Positions 1 to 9,551 of a stretch of 44,252 nt of DNA are shown one piece after another. The first letter of the stretch is position 1. Every line of letters starts with the position of its first letter. Origin of the DNA: a bacterium (GTDB lineage: Bacteria; SAR324; XYD2-FULL-50-16; JBNMNM01); contig JBNMNM010000001.1 of assembly GCA_051275585.1 (NCBI GenBank), positions 1 through 44,252 on the forward strand, written 5' to 3'. A program made the translations under genes and the position numbers. A model generated the notes under the pieces. It made no database searches. It was not told the origin of the DNA and worked only from the letters and a program-made list of their open reading frames with translations.

Positions 1-263
1 CAATTAGAAAAATGCGAAGAAAGAGCATCTAGTTATTTATGGAAATTTATCATAAATTCAGCAAATAACATATTTCAAGTGAAGATATGCACTAATATAA
101 AAAGTATAATCTAGGTAATAGATATGCTTGAACCAGTTAAAACAATAACTAGTTAATAGAAGAGTTTATATCGAATAAATCACTTTTGGTAAAGTTGGAT
201 TTTTATCTTGGTGGGATTAATGTGATATGTGGGGAGGTCAATCGAAGTAAATTATTTGTTTTG

Positions 264-348
264 TGGTGCGAGCAGAGAGATTTGAACTCTCACAGCCGAA
301 GCCACAGCCCCCTCAAGGCTGCGTGTCTACCAATTTCACCATGCTCGC
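264..348 (-). tRNA. tRNA-Leu (anticodon GAG), type II with long variable arm, CCA encoded
   Basis: The reverse complement folds as a cloverleaf. Acceptor GCGAGCA/TGCTCGC; anticodon stem CAGCC/GGCTG with loop TTGAGGG (anticodon GAG); long variable arm; T-arm GAGAG-TTCAAAT-CTCTC; discriminator A; encoded CCA; 85 nt. Confidence 0.9.
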
Positions 349-365
349 AGTAAAACAGTTCTGAA

Positions 366-394
366 CTTTTACTTAAGATAAGAAGGAAAGTCAA
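366..394 (-). promoter_or_regulatory. candidate sigma-70-type promoter for tRNA-Leu
   Basis: The minus strand reads TTGACT (394-389), a 17-nt spacer, then TAAAAG (371-366). The -10 element ends 17 nt upstream of the mature tRNA 5' end. This is a sequence match only. Confidence 0.3.
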
Positions 395-474
395 TTGGTT
401 TCCACATAAAGAGATATTTATCGTAATAATTTTTTATTTTCATTTTTGGTGTTTTTTAGAATAATTTTGGTTCA

Positions 475-3075
475 TCAATTAATAGGTAGTACAATATTAA
501 ATGTTGTGAAGGAACCTACTTTTGATTCTAAATTAATGCTTCCTTGATGTCCTTTAATAATCTCTAAACTAATTGATAAACCTAACCCTGTACCCTCACC
601 AGATGATTTTGTTGTAAAAAATGGTTCGAATATCTGTTTTTGTGATTCTTGAGAAATTCCTAAGCCATTATCATGAACCTTAATTTCAATATGAGTTTGC
701 TTTAAAGTTGTTGTGATCTTTAGACATGCTTCAAAATTATTATTGTGCTTTTGTTTTTCATAAAGAGAGTCAAAAGAATTATCAAAAAGGTTTAAAAAAA
801 CTCTTCCTAAATCTTGAGCTAAAACTTCGATAATTGGCAGATGAGGAGAAAATTGAGTTTGAATTTGAACATCAAATGCTTTCTTTGCCCTAGCTCCTTC
901 ATAGGCAAAGTCTAAATTATCTCGGATTAGCTGGTTTAAATTAATAGCAACTTTATTGGATTGTTTATTTCTAAAATGAAATAACATACTTTCAATAATT
1001 TGATTTGCTCGATGTCCATTTTTATAAATCGCATCTGATGCATATTGAAAATCATTTAAAATTTCTAAAATTTCTTGAAACTCTGTTTGAGGAATTATTT
1101 CTGTATATTTTTGAAAGATCTTCTGTAAATCATTAGATAGTTCTAAATTAATTTCTGCATAGTTGTTGATAAAATTAAGAGGATTTTTTACTTCATGAGC
1201 AATACCAGCAGTGAGAGATCCTAAGAACGCTAACTTTTCTTGTGCCATTAATTTTTGTTGGGTTTCACGAACTGTTTGAGTTGATTGCTCTAAGTCTTTA
1301 GTCCTTTTTGTTACTACTTTTTCTAATTGATCGTTTAATTTTTGTAGTTGTTCTTCTGCTTCTTTTTGTTTGGTTATTTCAATACTATTAATAATACACG
1401 CAACTAACTTTCCTTCAGAAAAAACAGGTCCTAAGTAACTAATCCACCATCTAGGCTTGCCATCTAATACAAGCATTATTTTATAATTAGTCGCTTTTTG
1501 ATGTTTTTGGACAAAGAGGCAATGTTCTCGAACAATCTTTTCTTCTTCTGCTTGGAATACATCAAAAATACTTGTTCCTATAATATTTCCTTTTTTATAA
1601 GGATATGAGACTCGATTAATGAAAAGAATTTCTCCTTCGAAGTTAATTAATGTAATTGTTGTTGGAGAACAATCCACTAAAGATTTCCAACGATTATGAG
1701 CATCTGCTAGTCGATGTTCTGTTTTTTTATATAGTTTTAATCGATTTTGTAATTTTTTATAGAGGTAAGCATTTTCTAGGGAAATTGCTGATTGAATTAA
1801 AAGAACCTCTAACATATGAATACAATCCTTGTGAAAGGAGTATATTGAAGAGTTATTTTCTAAATAAACAATAGCAATCAGTCTTTTTTTATAATGAACA
1901 GGTAGGGTTAGGATTGACTTGACTTGATGTTTTTGAATGTATGGATCATCTGAGAATTTTTTATCATGAATTGCATCAGGAATAGCAATAAACTTTTTTG
2001 TTTTTGCGACATGTTGAATTACTGATATTGGTAATTCTCTTGTTTGTTCTAGTGGTTTGGATTGCAAAAACTGAGGTACATCCTCATTATTTTTTTGTTG
2101 AGCTTCAATGTAGTATTGATCTTGATGTCGAAAAACTAAAGCTCCATATTCAGCTTGTGCTCCTGTAATGATAATATGCATCATTTTTTTGATTAAACTT
2201 TCCATTTCAATTTCACCTGAAATTGTTTGGGAAAGAGTCAAAAGTTGGATGAACATTGCTAAGGTATTATCTTTCTCAAATTCTTCGGAGTCATCTAAGT
2301 TTTCACAAATAGATCGGTTTGAATATTCTTTAACTTTTTCTTTTGTAACTAATTTATATGTCTGCTTGATTTTCTGCGATCGATAATGACATCCCCACTT
2401 TTGATAAGCTTCGTAAGCATCATTAAAGTAAACCTGTGCAATTTTTCTCTTGTTTTGTTGAATCCAAAAATTTGCTGTAAGTTCATTGGCAAGAGCTTCA
2501 TATTGAATCAGTTTTCCTAGTTTTGCTGTATGAATTGCAGAATCATAGTTATTAATCGCATTCTGCCAATGGTTTTCTCTTCGAGCATTTTCTGCATGAA
2601 TTAAATAATATGCAACAGTGTTTAGCTCAGATTTATTTGATTCATATTGTTCTAATAAATCAGATTGTAGTTTTTGTATAATTGGAAGAGATGATTCTTG
2701 TGTGGATGCAGATAAACTTAAGATATAAAAAATTAGATAATCATTATTTTTATCATCTTTTATAGCAAATCGTTTTTCAATATATTGAAGGCTTTGATCT
2801 GTTTGGTCTAAGAAAAATAAAGTTTGGACAAGCCAGTCTACAAATACTGGAGGTAAATCAGTTATTTTAAGAGAAAAAGGTTGATTTACTCTACTAGGAT
2901 CAAGACTTCTTTCAAGAAGTATTTTTTGAAGAGAAAGGATTTCAGTAAGTGGTATATCAGTTGTTGATAACAGCTCTTGCTGGACAATTCTAAGTAGATT
3001 AGGAATTGATTGGTTTTGAGAAAATAGAGTTTTAAATAAATTATTTAAAGCCTTTTCTTCCATTGGATAACTCAA
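475..3075 (-). CDS. cytoplasmic multidomain sensor histidine kinase (TPR-like helical region, GAF, PAS, HisKA, HATPase_c)
   Basis: 866-aa ORF. H-box IAHEVKNPLNF is followed by ATPase motifs (NLFDNSFDS, DNGLGI, GTGLGLSIS). GAF-like and PAS-like segments lie upstream. The N-terminal ~260 aa are helical (ALANELTANFWIQQNKRKIAQVYFNDAYEAYQKWG), like the region preceding GAF in large kinase/ATPase-HK fusions. No TM helix seen. Confidence 0.85.
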   Translation of the reverse strand: MSYPMEEKALNNLFKTLFSQNQSIPNLLRIVQQELLSTTDIPLTEILSLQKILLERSLDPSRVNQPFSLKITDLPPVFVDWLVQTLFFLDQTDQSLQYIEKRFAIKDDKNNDYLIFYILSLSASTQESSLPIIQKLQSDLLEQYESNKSELNTVAYYLIHAENARRENHWQNAINNYDSAIHTAKLGKLIQYEALANELTANFWIQQNKRKIAQVYFNDAYEAYQKWGCHYRSQKIKQTYKLVTKEKVKEYSNRSICENLDDSEEFEKDNTLAMFIQLLTLSQTISGEIEMESLIKKMMHIIITGAQAEYGALVFRHQDQYYIEAQQKNNEDVPQFLQSKPLEQTRELPISVIQHVAKTKKFIAIPDAIHDKKFSDDPYIQKHQVKSILTLPVHYKKRLIAIVYLENNSSIYSFHKDCIHMLEVLLIQSAISLENAYLYKKLQNRLKLYKKTEHRLADAHNRWKSLVDCSPTTITLINFEGEILFINRVSYPYKKGNIIGTSIFDVFQAEEEKIVREHCLFVQKHQKATNYKIMLVLDGKPRWWISYLGPVFSEGKLVACIINSIEITKQKEAEEQLQKLNDQLEKVVTKRTKDLEQSTQTVRETQQKLMAQEKLAFLGSLTAGIAHEVKNPLNFINNYAEINLELSNDLQKIFQKYTEIIPQTEFQEILEILNDFQYASDAIYKNGHRANQIIESMLFHFRNKQSNKVAINLNQLIRDNLDFAYEGARAKKAFDVQIQTQFSPHLPIIEVLAQDLGRVFLNLFDNSFDSLYEKQKHNNNFEACLKITTTLKQTHIEIKVHDNGLGISQESQKQIFEPFFTTKSSGEGTGLGLSISLEIIKGHQGSINLESKVGSFTTFNIVLPIN

Positions 3076-3180
3076 ACATAGTTAAGTAGAAGTCAACTTT
3101 AAATATTGACTTGTTTTTACAAAAGTAAACTGTTTTTTTGAGTTATTGATAGAGAAAGTTGATATAAGGAGAAAATTTAT

Positions 3181-3209
3181 AAAAAAAATGTGGCTTTATG
3201 CCACATTTT
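3181..3209 (-). terminator. rho-independent terminator ending the DUF2062/FG-GAP/CARDB transcription unit
   Basis: 8-bp stem AATGTGGC/GCCACATT (3187-3194 / 3200-3207) with a 5-nt loop. On the minus strand it is followed by a run of 6-8 U (A8 at 3181-3188 on the plus strand, two of which fall in the stem). It starts directly after the TAG stop at 3210-3212. Confidence 0.75.
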
Positions 3210-4406
3210 CTATCGAGGCTGAGGATTGATATAGAATTTTCGGACACTTGAGATTGCTCGTTGATCCTGAGAATTACGACCAATAATTCGCCAATATAAA
3301 TGGTTAACTTTTGCCAACTTCATAATGTTAACAGCCATAAGAGGCATTTCTCCAGATAAAGGAGTAATTTTTACTTGATAAGTCCATTTATCTCCTTGAG
3401 GAAGTTCAAATGCTAATTTGGGTTTGTTAAAATCAGGAGTTGTTGAAATTTGTAATTTAAATTGACTATATCGGGTACTTCTCCATTCAAAAAAGAAAAA
3501 TCCTTCTTCTGCAAAAGAAAAATTCTTGCTTGGAAATTCAAGACTAATATCACTGAATTGAATTGTTGATTTTGTTTCTAGAGTATTATTTTTTTCATTA
3601 AGTTCTAGAATTTGATTTAAGCGATCAACAAACACTCTAACTTTATATGCTCCAGCTTGTTCTGTTACTGGAATGTTAACAGGAACTTCAAAAACTTTCT
3701 TCTCACCAGGAGCTAAAAATCGAATGGTATCACTATGAACTGAGACCTTTCGTGATGGTCGGCTAACAAAAAACCAATACACATTATAACTAACATTTTG
3801 AGCAAGCTCACCTCCTTCATTTGCTAATGCAACACGAACTGTTGTGCTTTCTCCACGAAGAATTGAGTTTTTAATTACTTTTATTTCTTTCCAAACTAAG
3901 TCAGCAGCCGCGTGAGTGGCTGTAGCAACAGGCTTTCTCTTTTTTTCAATCCGTTTATATTGACCATTTTCTTTTTTAATAAATCGCAGAGTTGGATTTT
4001 TTCCTAAAGCAAGAAATGTTTTATTTTGTTTATGAGTTCGAAATAAATATTTTCCTGAAGAACTATAAACTCTAGCTCCAACCTGATAGATTCCAACTAA
4101 TTTTCTTTGTGTTCTATAACTAAAAAGAACTTTAGTTTCTGTACCTGCAATTGCTCGAATATATTTTTTGCCATAAGTAGTAATACGATTATTTGGTAAC
4201 CGTATTTGCAATCGAATAAAAATATAACGATCTCTATTTCCTCTATTTTTAAACGTGATTTCAATAAGCTGTTTTTTACGAATTTTAATTTTATCGTTTG
4301 CAAGCTCAATTTTGGAAACTGTAAGTCCATTTTGAGCAGCAAAAACAGGAAAAGAAATACTGATAAATAGAAAACAAAAAATTAAAAATTGTTGGAGTAG
4401 TTTCAT
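3210..4406 (-). CDS. secreted CARDB/Ig-like domain protein
   Basis: Signal peptide (LLQQFLIFCFLFISISFPVFA-AQ). A beta-sandwich module shows the CARDB-type pattern (VRVALANEGGELAQNVSYNVYWF ... GAYKVRVFVD ... ELNEKNNT). The start is ambiguous: GTG at 4421 (ORF track) or ATG at 4406, one nt after the upstream stop. I prefer the ATG. Confidence 0.7.
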   Translation of the reverse strand: MKLLQQFLIFCFLFISISFPVFAAQNGLTVSKIELANDKIKIRKKQLIEITFKNRGNRDRYIFIRLQIRLPNNRITTYGKKYIRAIAGTETKVLFSYRTQRKLVGIYQVGARVYSSSGKYLFRTHKQNKTFLALGKNPTLRFIKKENGQYKRIEKKRKPVATATHAAADLVWKEIKVIKNSILRGESTTVRVALANEGGELAQNVSYNVYWFFVSRPSRKVSVHSDTIRFLAPGEKKVFEVPVNIPVTEQAGAYKVRVFVDRLNQILELNEKNNTLETKSTIQFSDISLEFPSKNFSFAEEGFFFFEWRSTRYSQFKLQISTTPDFNKPKLAFELPQGDKWTYQVKITPLSGEMPLMAVNIMKLAKVNHLYWRIIGRNSQDQRAISSVRKFYINPQPR

Positions 4407-4407
4407 A

Positions 4408-7400
4408 TTATTCTTCTTCACTAGTCACCGCATCATTTTGGTAATAAATTATTTTTCCAGAATCTGTTCCTACAACTAAGTCTTGGTCACCATCATTATC
4501 TAAATCAATTGCAAATGGAAATGAACCTGGAGGTGGCATTTTTGTATTTTTTGAAATTTGATCCCATTGCCATCGGGTTTCTTGTGAAGCTTTTTTGAAA
4601 AAATAGATTTTTCCAGAATCAGAACCAATCACAAGTTCAAGTATTTTATCATTATTCAAATCGAAAAATTTAGGTGCTGATGCAAGACCTACATCAATTC
4701 CTAAATAGTCACGATGCAGGATTACAAATTTAGGAATATTTGTATCTTTTGTTTGGTTTTCAATTAGAACAATTTTTCCTTGAGTATTTCCAACAATTAA
4801 ATCGATATCTCCATCTTTATCAAAATCAATAAAACTAGGTGTTGCATTTTTTCCAACACGAAGATTCTTGAAGTAATTCTCTTTAAATTGAAATTTGTGG
4901 GATTGTGCACTTCCAATATTTTCATAATAAAGAAGTCTTCCTGATGCTGTTCCAATAACTAAATCAAAATCTCCATCTTTATCTAAATCAACAAGAACAG
5001 GAGCTGTATTTCGATAACCATTAATTTTAATTAGAGGATCGGAAATGGCAACAAAACTAGACTCAGTTTTATCTCCATCATTAAGGTAAAGAAAAACGCC
5101 ACCTTCCTTACTACCAATAACCATATCAAAATCACCATCATCATCAAGGTCAGCAAGTACTGGTGTTGCTCGTTTTAACTGCAATCCTTCAATCAGTTTT
5201 TTGGACTTTTTAACAAATACAGGATCAGCAACAACAAGCTCCTTTTGTTGAGGTATATTGTCTGGTAAGTTTTCTGTGGTGTCTTGAATTGGTTTTTTAA
5301 TAATTGGTTTTCTTAGAAGATCATCTTTATTTTGGACAATTGTTTTATTTTTTTTATCTAGAGAATTACTTTTTTGATTTTTTCGAACTAATACAGGTGT
5401 TGTTTTTTGTACAGCAGTATTGATAAATAGCTGAATATCTCCAAAACCATTCCCTAATAATAGATCTGTTTTCTTGTCTTGATTAAAGTCAATAAAGAAT
5501 GGGTGACTTAAAATAACAGCATCAATAATTGACCAAGAATTATCTTTTTTAGGCCATTTTTCAAGTGCCAATGGTATTGGAGCTAAAGCCATTTTTAAGC
5601 TCCCAGATGAATCTCCAACCACTAAATCAAAAAATTGATCTTGATTCCAATTATAAAAACTAGGAACGGCATTTCTTCCAGATCTTATAGAAGTAAAACG
5701 AGTAGACTCTAAAACATAATTTGCTTTTTTCTGGTTTCCTTGATTTCGATAAAAAATAACTCGTCCTGCATAATTTCCAACAATTAGATCAAGATCTTTA
5801 TCTAGATCAAAATCAAATAGTCGAGGCACACTGTTGGAACCTACATCAATATTAAAAAAATCATAACTTTTTAGAACCCACTTAGGTGCATTCTTTCTCC
5901 CTTGGTTTTCAATGAATGCAATTCGTCCTGACTGTCCACCAACAATTAAATCAAGATCACCGTCACCATCAATATCACCTAGAACAGGAGTTGAATTTTT
6001 CATTCCTGTCATTGGAACAAGATTTTCTGTGATTTTGATCCAGTTATTTTTTCCTTTAATTGAATCATTTCGGTAATAATTTAAATTACCATCATGTTCA
6101 CCAATAATTAGATCAAGATCACCATCACCATCTAAATCGCCAGAGGCAATACTTGCTCTTTCTCCTGTAACAACAAACTTAAAGAACAGAAAATAATTTT
6201 CTGTTAGGTTCCATAAGCTTATCTTCTGAAGATTTGCTTGTTTTAGGATTAATGCTTGGTATTGGGGTAAATTTACTTTTCCTAAGTTTTTTTCTAATTC
6301 TTTAAGAAATGATATTCTATCTATAAATTCTTTTTCTTTTAAACCTTCAATTTTTTTTAACAAATCTTTAGATGGAATTTTATTATTAAAATGATCCATC
6401 GCAAGGCTATTAATCATATAGCCTTTTTTTCCTGATTTTCTTAATTCATATTGGGCAACCACTGATGTTGAGGTTCCAATAAAAACATTTGTTTTTTGTT
6501 GAGGAGAAAATTGAATAAAAACAGGTGAAGCATCTCCTCCAATATCGATAAACTTAAAGTTTTGCTCATAAAATGCCCAATCAGGGGTAAATTGATCCCC
6601 ATTATTGATATAGTATGAGATCGTTCCATCACGTTCACCAACTAGTAAATCAAGATCCCCATCACCATCCCAGTCAAATAAACTAGGAGAAGCATTTTTT
6701 TTCTCATGTTTTTTTGCTGTTAATTTAAAAATAAAACTTTTTAAACGAGCAGTTTCATCACGACCTAAAATATTTTCAATAACAGGTAAAAATTCATTTT
6801 CATTGGAAAACTGATAATTTTTTAATGCTTTTAATTTTTCATATTTTGCTGTTGTCGAAACTTTTGATTTGATACTTTTTAATGCACTGGCTGAAATATA
6901 AAAACCTTTCCAACGTTTTACTTCTTGAATGCCTGAGTTGTTAAAAACGGGGGATCTACGAGTTCCTTCATTAATTAAAAACCAGACTTTTCCTTGTTTG
7001 TTTCCAACAATAAGATCAGTACGACGATCAAGATTAATATCTGCAAATATTGGTACTAAATTTTTACCAAGAGAAAGACCTTGAAAACGGTTGGTTACAA
7101 ATTCAAATGTAGGAATTAAATTATTTCCAATATTTCGAAAAAACCATAGTTCTCCTGTTCCAGAACCAATTAATAAATCAAGATCACCATCCGAATCAAT
7201 ATCACTAAATGTTGGAGCTGATCTACTACCAACATTAATAATTTGCTGAATACGGCTTATTTTTCTACCAACTCTTCTGGAAAAAATTGCCTTATATTCT
7301 TGGCTTTTTAAGACAAAACTAGGAGCTTCATTTGATCCTTCATTTTCAAAAAATGCAATTTGCCCATCTTCTTTTCCCATGAAAAGATCAAGATCACCAT

Positions 7401-7596
7401 CTGCATCAATATCAACAAAGGATAATTTGGCAAGCTTCATCTCACGAGCGTACAAGAGACTACGCTTTCCATTTAAAAGGTCATAGAATTGTTGTCGCCA
7501 CTGATGCTTATACTCAAAACTATTTTTTGTTTGAGCATAACCAAATGAGCTAAAGATGCTGAAAAAGGTAAGAAACGTAACAATGTACTTTGTCAT
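4408..7596 (-). CDS. secreted FG-GAP/VCBS-repeat (integrin-alpha-like beta-propeller) protein, 1062 aa
   Basis: N-terminal signal peptide (FFSIFSSFGYA-Q). 14 copies of the Ca-binding loop motif D-x-D-x-DGD-x-DL-(I/L/V)-(V/I)-G (e.g. DIDGDGDLDLIVG) are spaced about 55-65 aa apart, each followed by G-x-(I/V)-x-(F/Y)-(F/Y)-x-N. Confidence 0.9.
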   Translation of the reverse strand: MTKYIVTFLTFFSIFSSFGYAQTKNSFEYKHQWRQQFYDLLNGKRSLLYAREMKLAKLSFVDIDADGDLDLFMGKEDGQIAFFENEGSNEAPSFVLKSQEYKAIFSRRVGRKISRIQQIINVGSRSAPTFSDIDSDGDLDLLIGSGTGELWFFRNIGNNLIPTFEFVTNRFQGLSLGKNLVPIFADINLDRRTDLIVGNKQGKVWFLINEGTRRSPVFNNSGIQEVKRWKGFYISASALKSIKSKVSTTAKYEKLKALKNYQFSNENEFLPVIENILGRDETARLKSFIFKLTAKKHEKKNASPSLFDWDGDGDLDLLVGERDGTISYYINNGDQFTPDWAFYEQNFKFIDIGGDASPVFIQFSPQQKTNVFIGTSTSVVAQYELRKSGKKGYMINSLAMDHFNNKIPSKDLLKKIEGLKEKEFIDRISFLKELEKNLGKVNLPQYQALILKQANLQKISLWNLTENYFLFFKFVVTGERASIASGDLDGDGDLDLIIGEHDGNLNYYRNDSIKGKNNWIKITENLVPMTGMKNSTPVLGDIDGDGDLDLIVGGQSGRIAFIENQGRKNAPKWVLKSYDFFNIDVGSNSVPRLFDFDLDKDLDLIVGNYAGRVIFYRNQGNQKKANYVLESTRFTSIRSGRNAVPSFYNWNQDQFFDLVVGDSSGSLKMALAPIPLALEKWPKKDNSWSIIDAVILSHPFFIDFNQDKKTDLLLGNGFGDIQLFINTAVQKTTPVLVRKNQKSNSLDKKNKTIVQNKDDLLRKPIIKKPIQDTTENLPDNIPQQKELVVADPVFVKKSKKLIEGLQLKRATPVLADLDDDGDFDMVIGSKEGGVFLYLNDGDKTESSFVAISDPLIKINGYRNTAPVLVDLDKDGDFDLVIGTASGRLLYYENIGSAQSHKFQFKENYFKNLRVGKNATPSFIDFDKDGDIDLIVGNTQGKIVLIENQTKDTNIPKFVILHRDYLGIDVGLASAPKFFDLNNDKILELVIGSDSGKIYFFKKASQETRWQWDQISKNTKMPPPGSFPFAIDLDNDGDQDLVVGTDSGKIIYYQNDAVTSEEE

Positions 7597-7656
7597 TCAA
7601 GGAACCATCAGCGTAATTGAGTTCAAAGGAAGATGCTGATTCTAGTGATACAAAAT

Positions 7657-8286
7657 TTAGACCGAATTTTCTGCTTTCATGGAGTTATTGATTTTCTTTC
7701 CTTCAAATTTTTTTCTCCAGTCCTCATAATCCATTCCAAGTTTTCTTGCTTTTCGTTGTCGATTCTTGGTTAGGAAGTATTTTACTGTGACATAAGTGAA
7801 AATTGAACCAGGAAAGGCATAGAATAATGATCCAAATAACATTGGAATTCCAAGGTCATAGAGCAAGTACTTGCAAGCTTCCCAAGATTTCTCTATGGAA
7901 TTTAGATTCGGATTGTCCAAAATTAGGTTTAATGACTGATTAAAAGATTCCCATGTTACAGATTCCCAATGAAAACCAAAAATTTGGCCAATATAAAGAC
8001 CAGTAACTAGAAAACCATAATACATAAAAAACATGGTTAATGGATTACTAAGCCAAACCATTGCTGTTCCAACAATCAAATCAAATTTGAATTTGAATAG
8101 ATATTTGCATAAAATCCACACACAAAAAACAATATACATTTGAATACCAACAGTAGGAGTTAACCCCCACCACATACCAATTGCGGCTCCCCATGCAACC
8201 TCGCTGACAGGAGACATACTATTTAACACAGGATCAATTAGGTGTGTTTTAATCTTTTCTTTTACGAGTGCTGTAATTGAAGACAT
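7657..8286 (-). CDS. DUF2062-family integral membrane protein
   Basis: 209 aa with several TM helices. Family-like signature SPVSEVAWGAAIGMWWGLTPTVGIQ ... VWLSNPLT. Confidence 0.7.
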   Translation of the reverse strand: MSSITALVKEKIKTHLIDPVLNSMSPVSEVAWGAAIGMWWGLTPTVGIQMYIVFCVWILCKYLFKFKFDLIVGTAMVWLSNPLTMFFMYYGFLVTGLYIGQIFGFHWESVTWESFNQSLNLILDNPNLNSIEKSWEACKYLLYDLGIPMLFGSLFYAFPGSIFTYVTVKYFLTKNRQRKARKLGMDYEDWRKKFEGKKINNSMKAENSV

Positions 8287-8316
8287 ATTGAATAATTAGC
8301 AAATAAAGGAAAGTCT

Positions 8317-9252
8317 ATGAGTTTAAAAATTGGGATCATTATGGACCCATTAGAAACTATCCATATTGATAAAGATACTACGTTTGCTCTTGCTTTTGAA
8401 GCTCAGCAACGTGGATATTCGATTTGGTTTATTCTGATGGAAAATTTAACTATTAAAGATGAAGAACCATTTTGTATAGCACAGCAAATTGAATTTAAAC
8501 GAGAAAATCCTTGTTATCAATTTGTTAATGATCAAGAAGAACTATCTCTTGATGATTTTGATGTTGTCTTAATGAGAAAAGATCCGCCATTTGATTCAGA
8601 GTTTTTCTTTGCAACACACTTCCTATCTCTTTGCAAGAAAGCAAAAGTTTTGAATCGTCCAGATTCTTTACGAAATGCACCTGAAAAACTGTATTCATTA
8701 AATTTTCCAGGAATTTTTCCTCCTACAGTCATCACCCGACGTGCCGATGAAATTCGTAAATTTATGAATGAGCAAGGTGGAGAAATTATTCTTAAGCCTC
8801 TTGATGGTTGTGGCGGAAAAGGAATTATTTATCTTCATGACAAAGATCAAAATTTTAACTCTCTTGTTGAAATTTCAACTAACGAGGGCACAACTTATAT
8901 CATGGCTCAAAAATATCTTCCAGAAGTTCGACAAGGAGATAAGCGAATTATTTGTGTTAATGGAACAGCTCGAGGTGCAGTTCTTAGAATTCCTTCTTCA
9001 GAAGAGCATCGAGCAAATCTACATGTTGGTGGTAGAGCTGAATTTCATCCACTTACAGAACGAGAACAGTGGTTAGTTGATCAAGTTACGCCTAAATTGC
9101 AAGAAGATGGATTGTATTTTGTTGGACTTGACGTCATCGGTGATTATATCACGGAAATCAATGTGACGAGTCCAACAGGAATTCAAGAAATTAAAGATCT
9201 AGGTGGTGTTGATATTGCTAAAATTTTCTGGGATGAACTTTCTTTAGATTAG
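8317..9252 (+). CDS. gshB: glutathione synthetase (prokaryotic ATP-grasp type)
   Basis: Collinear with my recollection of E. coli GshB over the full length (KIGIIMDP..DKDTTFAL..EAQQRGY; VLMRKDPPFD; ILKPLDG.GG; YLP....GDKR; FVGLDVIGDYITEINVTSPTGIQEI). Confidence 0.95.
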   Translation: MSLKIGIIMDPLETIHIDKDTTFALAFEAQQRGYSIWFILMENLTIKDEEPFCIAQQIEFKRENPCYQFVNDQEELSLDDFDVVLMRKDPPFDSEFFFATHFLSLCKKAKVLNRPDSLRNAPEKLYSLNFPGIFPPTVITRRADEIRKFMNEQGGEIILKPLDGCGGKGIIYLHDKDQNFNSLVEISTNEGTTYIMAQKYLPEVRQGDKRIICVNGTARGAVLRIPSSEEHRANLHVGGRAEFHPLTEREQWLVDQVTPKLQEDGLYFVGLDVIGDYITEINVTSPTGIQEIKDLGGVDIAKIFWDELSLD

Positions 9253-9551
9253 TCAATAATCACTTGTTTCCATGTATCATAGCCACCACGAATTACTCTA
9301 GCTTCGACTCCATAAGCTTCTAACAACTGAGTTGCTTGGTGGCTGTCTGTTCCACTAGCACAAAGAAGCAATGTTTGTTTATTTGTATTCAGTGTATGTT
9401 GCTCTTTTGCTAGCTTTGATAGAGGAATGTTTACAAACCCAACAACATTTCCTTTGTCAAACTCACTTTCTGGCCGTACATCAAGAAGTTGAAGGTTTCG
9501 ATCATCTTCAATTAAATCACGAGCTTCAATTACAGTAATCTCTTTACTCAT
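9249..9551 (-). CDS. single-domain rhodanese-like sulfurtransferase
   Basis: 100 aa. Rhodanese pattern LLDVRP..EF..G...GFVNIP with the active-site loop LLCASGTDSHQA. It overlaps gshB convergently by 4 nt. Confidence 0.8.
   Translation of the reverse strand: MSKEITVIEARDLIEDDRNLQLLDVRPESEFDKGNVVGFVNIPLSKLAKEQHTLNTNKQTLLLCASGTDSHQATQLLEAYGVEARVIRGGYDTWKQVIID

Noticed and set aside
1-114. Frame +1 is open from the window edge to TAG at 112-114 (37 codons), possibly the 3' end of an upstream gene.
   Set aside because: It is too short to support. The peptide (QLEKCEERASSYLWKFIINSANNIFQVKICTNIKSII) has no recognisable feature. It cannot be distinguished from chance without the upstream sequence.
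1-474. tRNA-Leu at the left edge as a genomic-island integration site.
   Set aside because: There is no integrase, no direct repeat of the tRNA 3' end seen in the window, and the flanking genes look like ordinary chromosomal genes.
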